From the NCBI GenBank assembly GCA_019347645.1, contig JAHWKZ010000003.1, positions 1 through 38,951 on the forward strand: 38,951 bases of DNA, in the 5' to 3' direction. A program made the position numbers and the translations under genes. Below are positions 9,541 to 16,753 of this stretch, in pieces. The notes beneath the pieces were generated by a model. The model saw nothing but the letters and a program-made list of their open reading frames with translations. It had not been told where the DNA came from and did no database searches. This DNA comes from Gemmatimonadota bacterium. Its GTDB lineage: Bacteria > Gemmatimonadota > Gemmatimonadetes > JACCXV01 > JAHWKZ01. Positions within the stretch are counted from its first letter, which is position 1, and each line of letters starts with the position of its first letter.

Positions 9541-9705
9541 GGCGACCTCCTCAGGTTTGGAACGATGTCCGCTCCGGCGAATTCCGGAGTCGGGACGATC
9601 GGTCGGGCGGCCCGGCCGTCCGTCCGGAAGACTTCTCCGGCGAGGACCCGTCGGCTTTGCGCCCCCCGCTCTCACGGGGTTTGCCCTTTTCCGAGGACGT
9701 CGTCG
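9541..9705. repeat. 165-bp direct repeat (leader plus riboswitch), copy at 13272-13436
   Basis: By-eye alignment: no indels, 9 substitutions. Confidence 0.95.
9603..9695 (-). ncRNA. c-di-GMP-I (GEMM-I) riboswitch, copy B
   Basis: GGGCAAACCCCGT-GAGA-GCGGGGGGCGCAAAGCCGACGGGTCCT...GGACGGCCGGGCCGCC: GCAAA motifs, GNRA-capped P2, P3, short P1 TCGG/CCGA. Confidence 0.9.
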
Positions 9706-9719
9706 CGCCCTATTAGCAA

Positions 9720-9735
9720 TGCAATCCACGTACCA
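9720..9735 (-). promoter_or_regulatory. Sigma-54 -24/-12 promoter, module B
   Basis: TGGTACG-TGGA-TTGCA versus consensus TGGCACG-N4-TTGCW; predicted +1 near 9709, just ahead of the riboswitch. Confidence 0.85.
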
Positions 9736-9823
9736 TAAATTTCAATAAACCTGTAAGTTATTATCATTGAATCGGATACATGGTGAAGCCTCGGGTCGGT
9801 TCTCGATCCCGAGCCGGAAGATC

Positions 9824-9874
9824 TGGAACGGGTCGTTACACCGCTACGTCTCGTGGCTGCCACGAATCGTTAGG
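9824..9874. promoter_or_regulatory. Three tandem ACG-N3-CGT boxes, putative activator binding sites
   Basis: TGGAACG-GGT-CGTTACA (9824), CGCTACG-TCT-CGTGGCT (9842), TGCCACG-AAT-CGTTAGG (9858); 89-139 bp upstream of the -24 element. Confidence 0.6.
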
Positions 9875-9921
9875 GGTCGGTCGTCGGGGGGTGGGCCGCG
9901 CGACGAGCCGCGCGAACGGGA

Positions 9922-11553
9922 TCAGGAGCGGGAGAGCTCCTCGTCGATCAAATCGGCGGAAACCTCGGGGAGCGAAGCGAACGTCTGGGCGAGCTCCTCC
10001 GGGCGCATGGCGCGCCCGGTGGCCGTCTTCTTCCCCACCCGATCCTTCCCGAACGACTCCCGGCGGGCGATCTCGACGAAGACGCCGGTGATCTCGGGAT
10101 CGGAGAGCGTCCCCCCGCTCATCTCGAGGTAGGTGAGGGTCTGCTCCCGGCTCCAGGGGTCGCGATAGGGACGGGCCGTACTCAGGGCGTCGAAGACGTC
10201 CGCGATCAGCAGGATCCGGGCCCCGAGGGGGATCCTCTCGCCCGCGAGGCCGTCGGGATAGCCCGTGCCGTCGTAGCGCTCGTGGTGGCCCCGGATCATC
10301 GACTCCACGTCCCACGGGAGTTCGAATCGCTTCAGGTGCTCGACCGCCAGCTCGGGGTGACGCTGGATCTCGGCCATCTCCCGCTCCGTCAACCGCCCTT
10401 CCTTGTTGAGGATCGCGGAATCGATCTCCAGCTTTCCGATGTCGTGGAGGTACCCGGCGACCAGGATCCCCTTCATCTGGTCGGGGCCGAACCCGAGGTC
10501 GCAGGCGATCGCCACCGCGTACTCGGCGACCCGGGCGCTGTGACCGTACAGGTAGGCCCCGCCGCGGGACTCCACCTGCCGCCCGAGCCGCTCGACGAGC
10601 TGCACGACCAGCGTCTCGAGGTCCCCGATCTTCTCCTCGAGGTCGGCCAGGTCGTGGGCCGCCTCCAGGAGCCGGAACAGCTTGAGGCTCCGGGCGAAGC
10701 TCTCCAGCGCGCTCCGATGCCTTCCTTTGGAGAGGTGGAGGTGGCCGAGCTCGCGCAGCGCCTCGGCCTCGGTGAGCGGAGCGTCCAGCTTCCTCCCCTG
10801 CCGGGCCGCCCGCTCGAAGTGCGCCCGGGCGAGTGCGATCTTGCCGCTCTTGCGAAAGATCTCGCCGTAGTGGCGGTACGCCTCCGCGATCCCCAGGGCG
10901 TCGTTCACCACCGTCAGCCGCTCGACCGCCTCGTCACAAGCGTCCCTCGCCTCGGACAGGCGCTCGGCTTCGATCTCGACCTCGGCGGCGTTCAGCGCGA
11001 TCAGTCCCACCAGCGCGTCATCGCCCGCCTCGATGGCGAGCCGGCGCGCCATGCGGTAGGAGCGGCTCGCCCCGCTCCAGCGCTTCTGGTCGGCGAGCAG
11101 GATCCCGAGGTTGTTCAGGGCCTGGGCCTCGCCGGCGAGGTCGCCGGCGCGATGGTGCGCGCGGCGCCCCTTCCAGTAGTACTCGAGGGCCCTCTCGAAG
11201 CGGCCGCGAACGTTGGCGACCGCTCCCAGGTTCAGCAGGGCGGCTCCCATCGCGGACGCGGAGTCGAGGGCGCGGGCGACTTCGAGCGCGTCCAGGAAGC
11301 GGCGTTCGGCGTCCCGGAGGTTGCCGCGCTCGAACTCCACGATCCCCAGCTCCGACAGGAACTCGGTGGTGGCGGACGCGGCTCCGTCAAGGACCGCCTG
11401 ACGCAGCCCGAGCACGGCACAGGCCTCGGCCTCGGACCAGCGGGCCTCGCGGCGGGCGGTGGAGGCCTTCTGCCGCAGGGCGGAAAGGGTCGGTCGGGGC
11501 GCTCCCCAGTGGTACGTCCGGAACGGCATCACCTTACCGGACGCAGAGCGCAT
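9922..11553 (-). CDS. TPR-repeat + HD-GYP cyclic-di-nucleotide phosphodiesterase
   Basis: N-terminal TPRs (LNLGA, LNNLG, LNAAE); GHSARV, LHDIGK, HHERYDGTGYP, ADVFDAL, RPYR all intact; start could be 11553, 11532 or 11529. Confidence 0.92.
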   Translation of the reverse strand: MRSASGKVMPFRTYHWGAPRPTLSALRQKASTARREARWSEAEACAVLGLRQAVLDGAASATTEFLSELGIVEFERGNLRDAERRFLDALEVARALDSASAMGAALLNLGAVANVRGRFERALEYYWKGRRAHHRAGDLAGEAQALNNLGILLADQKRWSGASRSYRMARRLAIEAGDDALVGLIALNAAEVEIEAERLSEARDACDEAVERLTVVNDALGIAEAYRHYGEIFRKSGKIALARAHFERAARQGRKLDAPLTEAEALRELGHLHLSKGRHRSALESFARSLKLFRLLEAAHDLADLEEKIGDLETLVVQLVERLGRQVESRGGAYLYGHSARVAEYAVAIACDLGFGPDQMKGILVAGYLHDIGKLEIDSAILNKEGRLTEREMAEIQRHPELAVEHLKRFELPWDVESMIRGHHERYDGTGYPDGLAGERIPLGARILLIADVFDALSTARPYRDPWSREQTLTYLEMSGGTLSDPEITGVFVEIARRESFGKDRVGKKTATGRAMRPEELAQTFASLPEVSADLIDEELSRS

Positions 11554-11596
11554 AGCGGATCGCCCGCGGCATCGTGTTCGGCCACAGAATCGACAT
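11534..11596 (-). CDS. Unannotated 20-aa micro-ORF MSILWPNTMPRAIRYALCVR
   Basis: GGAGG 7 nt upstream; ATG overlaps TPR stop (TGATG); last 7 aa identical to lipoprotein C-termini with synonymous codon differences. Confidence 0.65.
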   Translation of the reverse strand: MSILWPNTMPRAIRYALCVR

Positions 11597-12642
11597 CACG
11601 GCACCTCCATCGTGGGGGCTTCGAGCGCGGCCAGGCGCCTCTCGAGCCGCTCGGCTTCCGCCGTCGACCCGAGGGAGAGGTAGCATCGTCGAGATTGCCG
11701 CAATGCCCGTGCCGCTTCGTCGAACCGCTCCCGAGCGAGCTCGAGCTCCGCGAGCTCCGTCCAGGTCTCGGCCTCGGCCAGTGGCACGCGTCCGTCGGCG
11801 CTCCGTTCCAGCGCCTCTCGGAGGCAGGCGCGAGCCTCGTCCCAACGGCCTCCGGCGCGGGCGACCGCGCCCTGGAGGCAGACGGCGTCGGCGGCCAGCG
11901 GACCGTTCCCCAGCCGGGCGGCGATCTCGGCCGCCGTCGCCGCGACCGCGTGCGCCCGGATCGGCTCGTCGATGACGAGCGCGAGCCGGCCGCGGTTGAT
12001 CATCACCGTGGCGGCGAGCGTCAAGTCTCCGGTGCGCTTGCATTCCTCCAGCGCCCGGCCGTAGAACGCGTCCGCCTCGGCGACGCGGCCGTCCTCCATC
12101 AGGATCATTCCGAGGTTGTTCATGGCGCGCGCCCCGCACGGATGCCTCTCGAGCTCCTCGAAGTGTCGAAGGGCCCGGCGGAAGTGCTCCTCGGACCGCG
12201 CACGTTCGCCTCGGGCGGCCCACAGGGCGCCTTCGTTGTTCTCGATCTCCATCAGCAGGGAGAGATCCTCGACGCCTCCGGCGCTTTCGCGCGCGGCGCG
12301 GTAGCGGCGCTCGGCTTCCTCCCAGTTGCCGCGCTCGAACTCGAGCGCTCCCCGGGCGTTGTCGGCCAGCGCCAGCCGTCCGGCGTCTCCCATGCGCTCG
12401 GCGATCAGCCGACTCTCGGCCAGGTCGCGGAGCGCCTCCTGCCACTCGCCGAGGCGGATCCGGACGATCGCCGCGCCCCGAAGCGCGTCGGCTTCGGCGG
12501 CGGCCCCTTCCGGATGGAACCGGGCCGTCTCGACCGCGTCCTGGTAGGCGGTCAGGGCCTCTTCCCATCGCTCGCTCCGAGCGGCCGCCTCGGCGCGGGC
12601 GATCGCCGCGCGTGGCGTTTTGCTATCGTGTTCCTCGATCAT
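11596..12642 (-). CDS. Stand-alone cytoplasmic TPR protein (module A)
   Basis: DNARG, ENNEGA, MNNLG, INRGR repeats; collinear with 7383-8438. Confidence 0.87.
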   Translation of the reverse strand: MIEEHDSKTPRAAIARAEAAARSERWEEALTAYQDAVETARFHPEGAAAEADALRGAAIVRIRLGEWQEALRDLAESRLIAERMGDAGRLALADNARGALEFERGNWEEAERRYRAARESAGGVEDLSLLMEIENNEGALWAARGERARSEEHFRRALRHFEELERHPCGARAMNNLGMILMEDGRVAEADAFYGRALEECKRTGDLTLAATVMINRGRLALVIDEPIRAHAVAATAAEIAARLGNGPLAADAVCLQGAVARAGGRWDEARACLREALERSADGRVPLAEAETWTELAELELARERFDEAARALRQSRRCYLSLGSTAEAERLERRLAALEAPTMEVP

Positions 12643-12714
12643 CCGGCTGTCCCCTTCCTGGAGAGGGTCCTCGTTCCGTACTGCGACGGCTCGGAGAACG
12701 ATTCAGCGAAAGGT

Positions 12715-13269
12715 CTACCGGACACAGAGGGCGTAGCGCGAGAAGTGGAGGATCGGAACGGTAACGCTGTTGGTGAGCGGATCGTAGATCCCGCCGATCA
12801 CCTGCCAGTCGTCCACATCGTCCGAGGCCCCCGCGATCGCCAGCCTCGTCGGATCGATGTCGTCGAGGTCCGCCTTGTCGGCCGAGATGATCAGGGTCGC
12901 CGCCGGGTCGAACACCAGGCCGTTCGGGCCGAACTCGAAGCCCAGGATGTCGTCCTCGTCCTCCACCTCCATCCTGATAGTGGTGGCCTCGGGAATGGAG
13001 TTGGGCTGGACGATGAGCTGAGCGTCCTCGGCCGTCAGGGTCGCGCCTTCGGATACGTCCACCAGATCGACCTCCACCTCGTCATCGGCGAGGAACAGAC
13101 CGCGGGCCTCCGGCCGGACGGTGACGAGCTGCACGCCGTTGAAGGTCACGGTCGGTGGATCCGCCTCCGGCGCCGCGGGGGTGAAGCCCTGATCCTCGCA
13201 TGCGACGAGTCCGAGCACGGCCAGGGCGAGGATCGCCCGGCGGAAGGGCTTGATGAGGGAGCGGGTCAT
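12715..13269 (-). CDS. ZU5-like lipoprotein 1, C-terminus HFSRYALCVR
   Basis: GGAGG RBS; lipobox LVA-C; FGPNGLVFDPAATLII..HFS; close paralog of 8988-9539. Confidence 0.8.
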   Translation of the reverse strand: MTRSLIKPFRRAILALAVLGLVACEDQGFTPAAPEADPPTVTFNGVQLVTVRPEARGLFLADDEVEVDLVDVSEGATLTAEDAQLIVQPNSIPEATTIRMEVEDEDDILGFEFGPNGLVFDPAATLIISADKADLDDIDPTRLAIAGASDDVDDWQVIGGIYDPLTNSVTVPILHFSRYALCVR

Positions 13270-13271
13270 TT

Positions 13272-13436
13272 GGCGACCTCCTCAGGGTTGGAACGATGTC
13301 CGCCCCGGCGAGTTCCGGAGTCGGGACGATCGCTCGGGCGGCCCGGCCGTCCGTCCGGATGGCTTCTCCGGCGAGGACCCGTCGGCTTTGCGCCCCCCGC
13401 TCTCACGGGGTTTGCCCTTGACCGAGGATGTCGTCG
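13272..13436. repeat. 165-bp direct repeat, copy at 9541-9705
   Basis: By-eye alignment 156/165 identical. Confidence 0.95.
13333..13426 (-). ncRNA. c-di-GMP-I (GEMM-I) riboswitch, copy A
   Basis: Same aptamer core as copy B; P1 CTCGG/CCGAG. Confidence 0.9.
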
Positions 13437-13464
13437 GCCCCATGACGGGGCCGCCCTACTCTTC

Positions 13465-13480
13465 AGCAACCTTCGTACCA
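13465..13480 (-). promoter_or_regulatory. Sigma-54 -24/-12 promoter, module A
   Basis: TGGTACG-AAGG-TTGCT; predicted +1 near 13454. Confidence 0.85.
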
Positions 13481-13569
13481 GGTCCTTGCCGGCCCGTCGA
13501 AGCTGTTGGAAGACATAGACTTAGGCTTGCAGGGAAGATTTCATCGAGGCTCCCGAGCCGGGGCGGGAG

Positions 13570-13688
13570 TGTAACGCATCGTTCGACCCGGATCCCCGGG
13601 GGACCCGGCTAACCCGTTGATCGCCAGCAGGATGAGAGGAAAGCGGTGCGCCCGGAACGTTTCGTCGCAGTCGGAACGAAACGTGGAT
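13570..13688. promoter_or_regulatory. Three ACG-N3-CGT boxes, putative activator binding sites
   Basis: TGTAACG-CAT-CGTTCGA (13570), CGGAACG-TTT-CGTCGCA (13653), CGGAACG-AAA-CGTGGAT (13672); first box 90 bp from the -24 element. Confidence 0.6.
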
Positions 13689-15079
13689 CAGGAGGGGGTT
13701 TCGGCGGGCTCCAGGTCGTACTTGTCGATCTTCCGCAGCAGTCGGGGACGGCTGATCTCGAGCTCCCGCGCGGTCTGGGACTTGTTCCATTCGTTGCGCT
13801 CGAGCGCGTGGGCGATGACCTGGCGCTCGAACTCGTCGAACGGGAGCCCCTCCGGCGGGAGCTCGATGACCAGTCGGTCGACCTCGTCCCCCGCCGTGCG
13901 CCGGCTCCGGTCGGACCCGGCCACGTTGGGAAGCGTGATCCGGGGGCCCTCCCCGAGCAGCACCGCGCGCTCGATGGTGTTCTTGAGCTCGCGAATGTTT
14001 CCGGGCCATGAATAGGCGTGGAGGAACTCGCGGGACTCCTTCGATAGAGGCCGGTCGGGTTTGCCGTACTGTTCCGCGTAGCGCGCGGCGAAGTGCTCGG
14101 CGAGCAGCTCCACGTCGTCGCCTCGCTCCCTGAGGGGGGGCAGCTCCACCGCGACGACGTTGAGGCGGTAATAGAGGTCGCTACGGAAGAGCCCCTGTCC
14201 GATCGCCTGCTCCAGGTCGCGGCTCGTCGCCGCGATGATCCGCATGCTGACCGATACCTCTCGGGTGCCCCCGAGCCGACGGAAGCGCTTCTCCTCGATC
14301 GCCCGCAACAGCTTTCCCTGGAGGTTCAGCGACATGTCGCCGAGCTCGTCGAGGAACAACGTGCCGCCGTCGGCGAGCTGGAGGAGACCCGGCTTGGACG
14401 ACTTGGCGTCGGTGAAGGCGCCTTTCTCGTAGCCGAAGAGCTCCGCCTCGAGGAGGTTCTCGGGGATGGCGGTGCAGTTCACCTCGATGAACGGCTGGTC
14501 GTGCTGCGCCGACTGGTAGTGGATCGCCCGGGCTACGAGCTCCTTGCCGGTCCCGGTCTCGCCGCGGATGAGTACGGTCCTGGCACCCGACTCGATCACC
14601 TTGCGTACCACGCCGAGAACGCCCCGCATCGCCTCGCAGCGGGCGATCATGTCGGGGAATCCGAGCAGGGTGATCGGGCCCTCCCTGGACGTACCGTCCC
14701 CGTTGCCCCAGAGCTCGAGCTTCGTCTCGACCACCGCCTCCCCGATCCGTTCCCGGTCGCGTGGCAAAATGCAGTACTCGTCGGCGCCGGCGGTGAGAGC
14801 GTGGACGGCCGAATCGGTGGACGGATCGCGGGTCACGGCCACCACCCGCGGCCGCTCCGACAGCGCGTTCAGCTCGGCCAGGATCCGGTCGACCTCCTCC
14901 CCCACGTAGTCGAGGTCGAGGACTACGAAGCGCGGCAGCGGCGAGAGCTTGGGATCGCCGACGGAAGCCTCGCGGTGGACGAACACGCACTCGATCGATT
15001 CCTCGGACGGGACCAGGTCCACGTATTCGGCCGCGGGGCCGAAGACGGCCACGTGGAGAGGGATCGGCGATCGCGCCAT
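13688..15079 (-). CDS. Sigma-54-dependent transcriptional activator (degenerate REC-like + AAA+ + Fis HTH)
   Basis: GETGTGKE, ELFGYEKGAFTDA, FLDE, DLYYRL, WPGNIREL, NKSQTARELEISRPRL. Confidence 0.95.
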   Translation of the reverse strand: MARSPIPLHVAVFGPAAEYVDLVPSEESIECVFVHREASVGDPKLSPLPRFVVLDLDYVGEEVDRILAELNALSERPRVVAVTRDPSTDSAVHALTAGADEYCILPRDRERIGEAVVETKLELWGNGDGTSREGPITLLGFPDMIARCEAMRGVLGVVRKVIESGARTVLIRGETGTGKELVARAIHYQSAQHDQPFIEVNCTAIPENLLEAELFGYEKGAFTDAKSSKPGLLQLADGGTLFLDELGDMSLNLQGKLLRAIEEKRFRRLGGTREVSVSMRIIAATSRDLEQAIGQGLFRSDLYYRLNVVAVELPPLRERGDDVELLAEHFAARYAEQYGKPDRPLSKESREFLHAYSWPGNIRELKNTIERAVLLGEGPRITLPNVAGSDRSRRTAGDEVDRLVIELPPEGLPFDEFERQVIAHALERNEWNKSQTARELEISRPRLLRKIDKYDLEPAETPS

Positions 15080-15133
15080 GCGTACCTTCCGACAGGCTCG
15101 GGAGTCGAGGGTTCAGGGCCCGTCTCGTGCTGA

Positions 15134-15161
15134 TACAAGTTCCGAGCCACGAACCGTTACA
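15134..15161 (-). promoter_or_regulatory. Degenerate sigma-54-like promoter overlapped by an ACG-N3-CGT box, upstream of the activator
   Basis: TGGCTCG-GAAC-TTGTA (15134-15149); AGCCACG-AAC-CGTTACA (15145-15161). Confidence 0.4.
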
Positions 15162-15184
15162 GCCGAAGGTCGACGGCCGTGGGT

Positions 15185-16753
15185 TCATTCCGCTTCCGGC
15201 TCTCCCCAACCCCCGCCGCCCGGGGTCTCGACCACCAGCCGGTCCCCGACCTCGAGCCGGAACTCGGCCTTGCCGGGCAGCTCCTCGGCCCGCTCGCCTC
15301 GGAGCCTCCAATTCGCCCCCGGAGCGCCCGCGACCCCTCCGGCCAGGCCCCACGGGCCGCGTCTGCGGCGATCGGAGAGGATCGTCCCCTCCAGGGGCGA
15401 GAGCGCCTCGATCTCGCGCACCAGGCCGTCTCCGCCCGGTCGACGTCCGGCCCCACCGCTTCCCCGGCGATAGGCGTAGCGCCGGACCCGGACCGGCAGG
15501 GCGCGCTCGAGGGCCTCGATCGGCGAGTTGAGGCTGTTCGTCATGTGGGTGTGCAGGCCCGAAGCGCCGGGACCGTCCGGGTGGCCGCCGGCTCCGCCCG
15601 CCACCGTCTCGTAGTAGGTGAACGGGTGACCGTCGTCCTTCAGCCCGCCGAAGGCCAGGTTGTTCATCGTCCCCTGGCTCGCCCCCGGAATCCGGTCGGG
15701 GATCGCCCCGGCGAGGGCGCCGAGGAGCGCGTCGACGATCCGCTGGCTCGTCTCCACGTTGCCGGCGGCCACTGGTCGACCCCAGCCCGGCCGAAGCAGC
15801 GACCCCTCCGGGACCTCGATCACGAACGGGGCCAGCACCCCGTCGTTCGCCGGAGCGTCCTCCTCGAGGAGCGCCCGGACCACGTAGAACACCGCGCTTC
15901 GGACGATCGCCGGATTGGCGTTGAGGGGTCCCTCCACCGCGGGATCCGTGCCCCCGAAGTCGACCCGGGCCGTCTCCCCGTCGATCTCGACGGTGACCCG
16001 GATCGCCACGTCCCGGGCGCCCCGACCATCGTCGTCGAGCACGTCCTCGAAGTGGTAGGCGCCGTCGGGAATCCCCGCCAGCAGGCCCCGGACGAGGCGC
16101 GCGGCGTAGTCGACGAGCGCCTGGCCCATCGCCTCGATCCGGCCCTTGCCGTAGCGATCCACCAGCGCGCGGAGCCGCCGCTCGCCGGTGGCGAGGCTGG
16201 CCAGCTGCGCGGCGAGGTCGCCGGACCGCTCCTCCGGCGTCCGAACGTTCGCCAGCAGGTGGCGCCACGTAGGTTCGACCCGCGAGCCGCCACGCATCAA
16301 GCGGACGGGCGGAAGAACGACTCCCTCCTCGTACACGTCGCCGGTCAGCGGCATGGAGCCGGCGGTGCGTCCGCCCACGTCGGCGTGGTGGGCCCGGTTG
16401 GCGAGCCAGAAGGCGGGGGTCTCGTCCCCTTCGAGCCACACTCCCTGCACCAGCGTCAGGTCCGGCAGGTGGGTGCCACCCGCGCTCGGATCGTTCAGGA
16501 TCGCGACGTCGGCGGGCTGCAGCTCCATGGCACCGCGGGCCGCCGCGACCGAGAGGGGCATCGATCCCAGGTGGACCGGCATGTGGTCCCCCATCGCGAT
16601 CGTGGTCCCGTCGGCCCCGTAGAGCGCGCACGAGTAGTCCCGCCGCTCCACCACGTTGGGGCTGTGGGCGGTGCGCTGGAGGACGACACCCATCTCCTCC
16701 GTCAGCGCCACGAACAGGTCCCGGAAGACCCCCAGGTCGAGGGGCAGGCTCAC
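15185..16753 (-). CDS. Hydantoinase B/oxoprolinase family protein
   Basis: EEMG..RTAHSPNVVERRDYSCAL, PVHLGSM, GGTHLPD, HHADVGG, TPGGGGWG; GTGA overlap. Confidence 0.95.
   Translation of the reverse strand: MSLPLDLGVFRDLFVALTEEMGVVLQRTAHSPNVVERRDYSCALYGADGTTIAMGDHMPVHLGSMPLSVAAARGAMELQPADVAILNDPSAGGTHLPDLTLVQGVWLEGDETPAFWLANRAHHADVGGRTAGSMPLTGDVYEEGVVLPPVRLMRGGSRVEPTWRHLLANVRTPEERSGDLAAQLASLATGERRLRALVDRYGKGRIEAMGQALVDYAARLVRGLLAGIPDGAYHFEDVLDDDGRGARDVAIRVTVEIDGETARVDFGGTDPAVEGPLNANPAIVRSAVFYVVRALLEEDAPANDGVLAPFVIEVPEGSLLRPGWGRPVAAGNVETSQRIVDALLGALAGAIPDRIPGASQGTMNNLAFGGLKDDGHPFTYYETVAGGAGGHPDGPGASGLHTHMTNSLNSPIEALERALPVRVRRYAYRRGSGGAGRRPGGDGLVREIEALSPLEGTILSDRRRRGPWGLAGGVAGAPGANWRLRGERAEELPGKAEFRLEVGDRLVVETPGGGGWGEPEAE

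Noticed and set aside
8438-12740. C-terminal Cys as a CaaX prenylation or AgrD thiolactone signal
   Set aside because: Only two residues follow the Cys, and no AgrB-like or prenyltransferase gene is present
9603-13426. Riboswitches as 3',3'-cGAMP (GEMM-Ib) sensors
   Set aside because: Discriminator position reads G (GGGCAAACC), the c-di-GMP type; not excluded without an assay
14405-14422. GAFTDA instead of GAFTGA as a sign of an inactive activator
   Set aside because: The key Phe-Thr is intact, this variant is common, and two good sigma-54 promoters are adjacent
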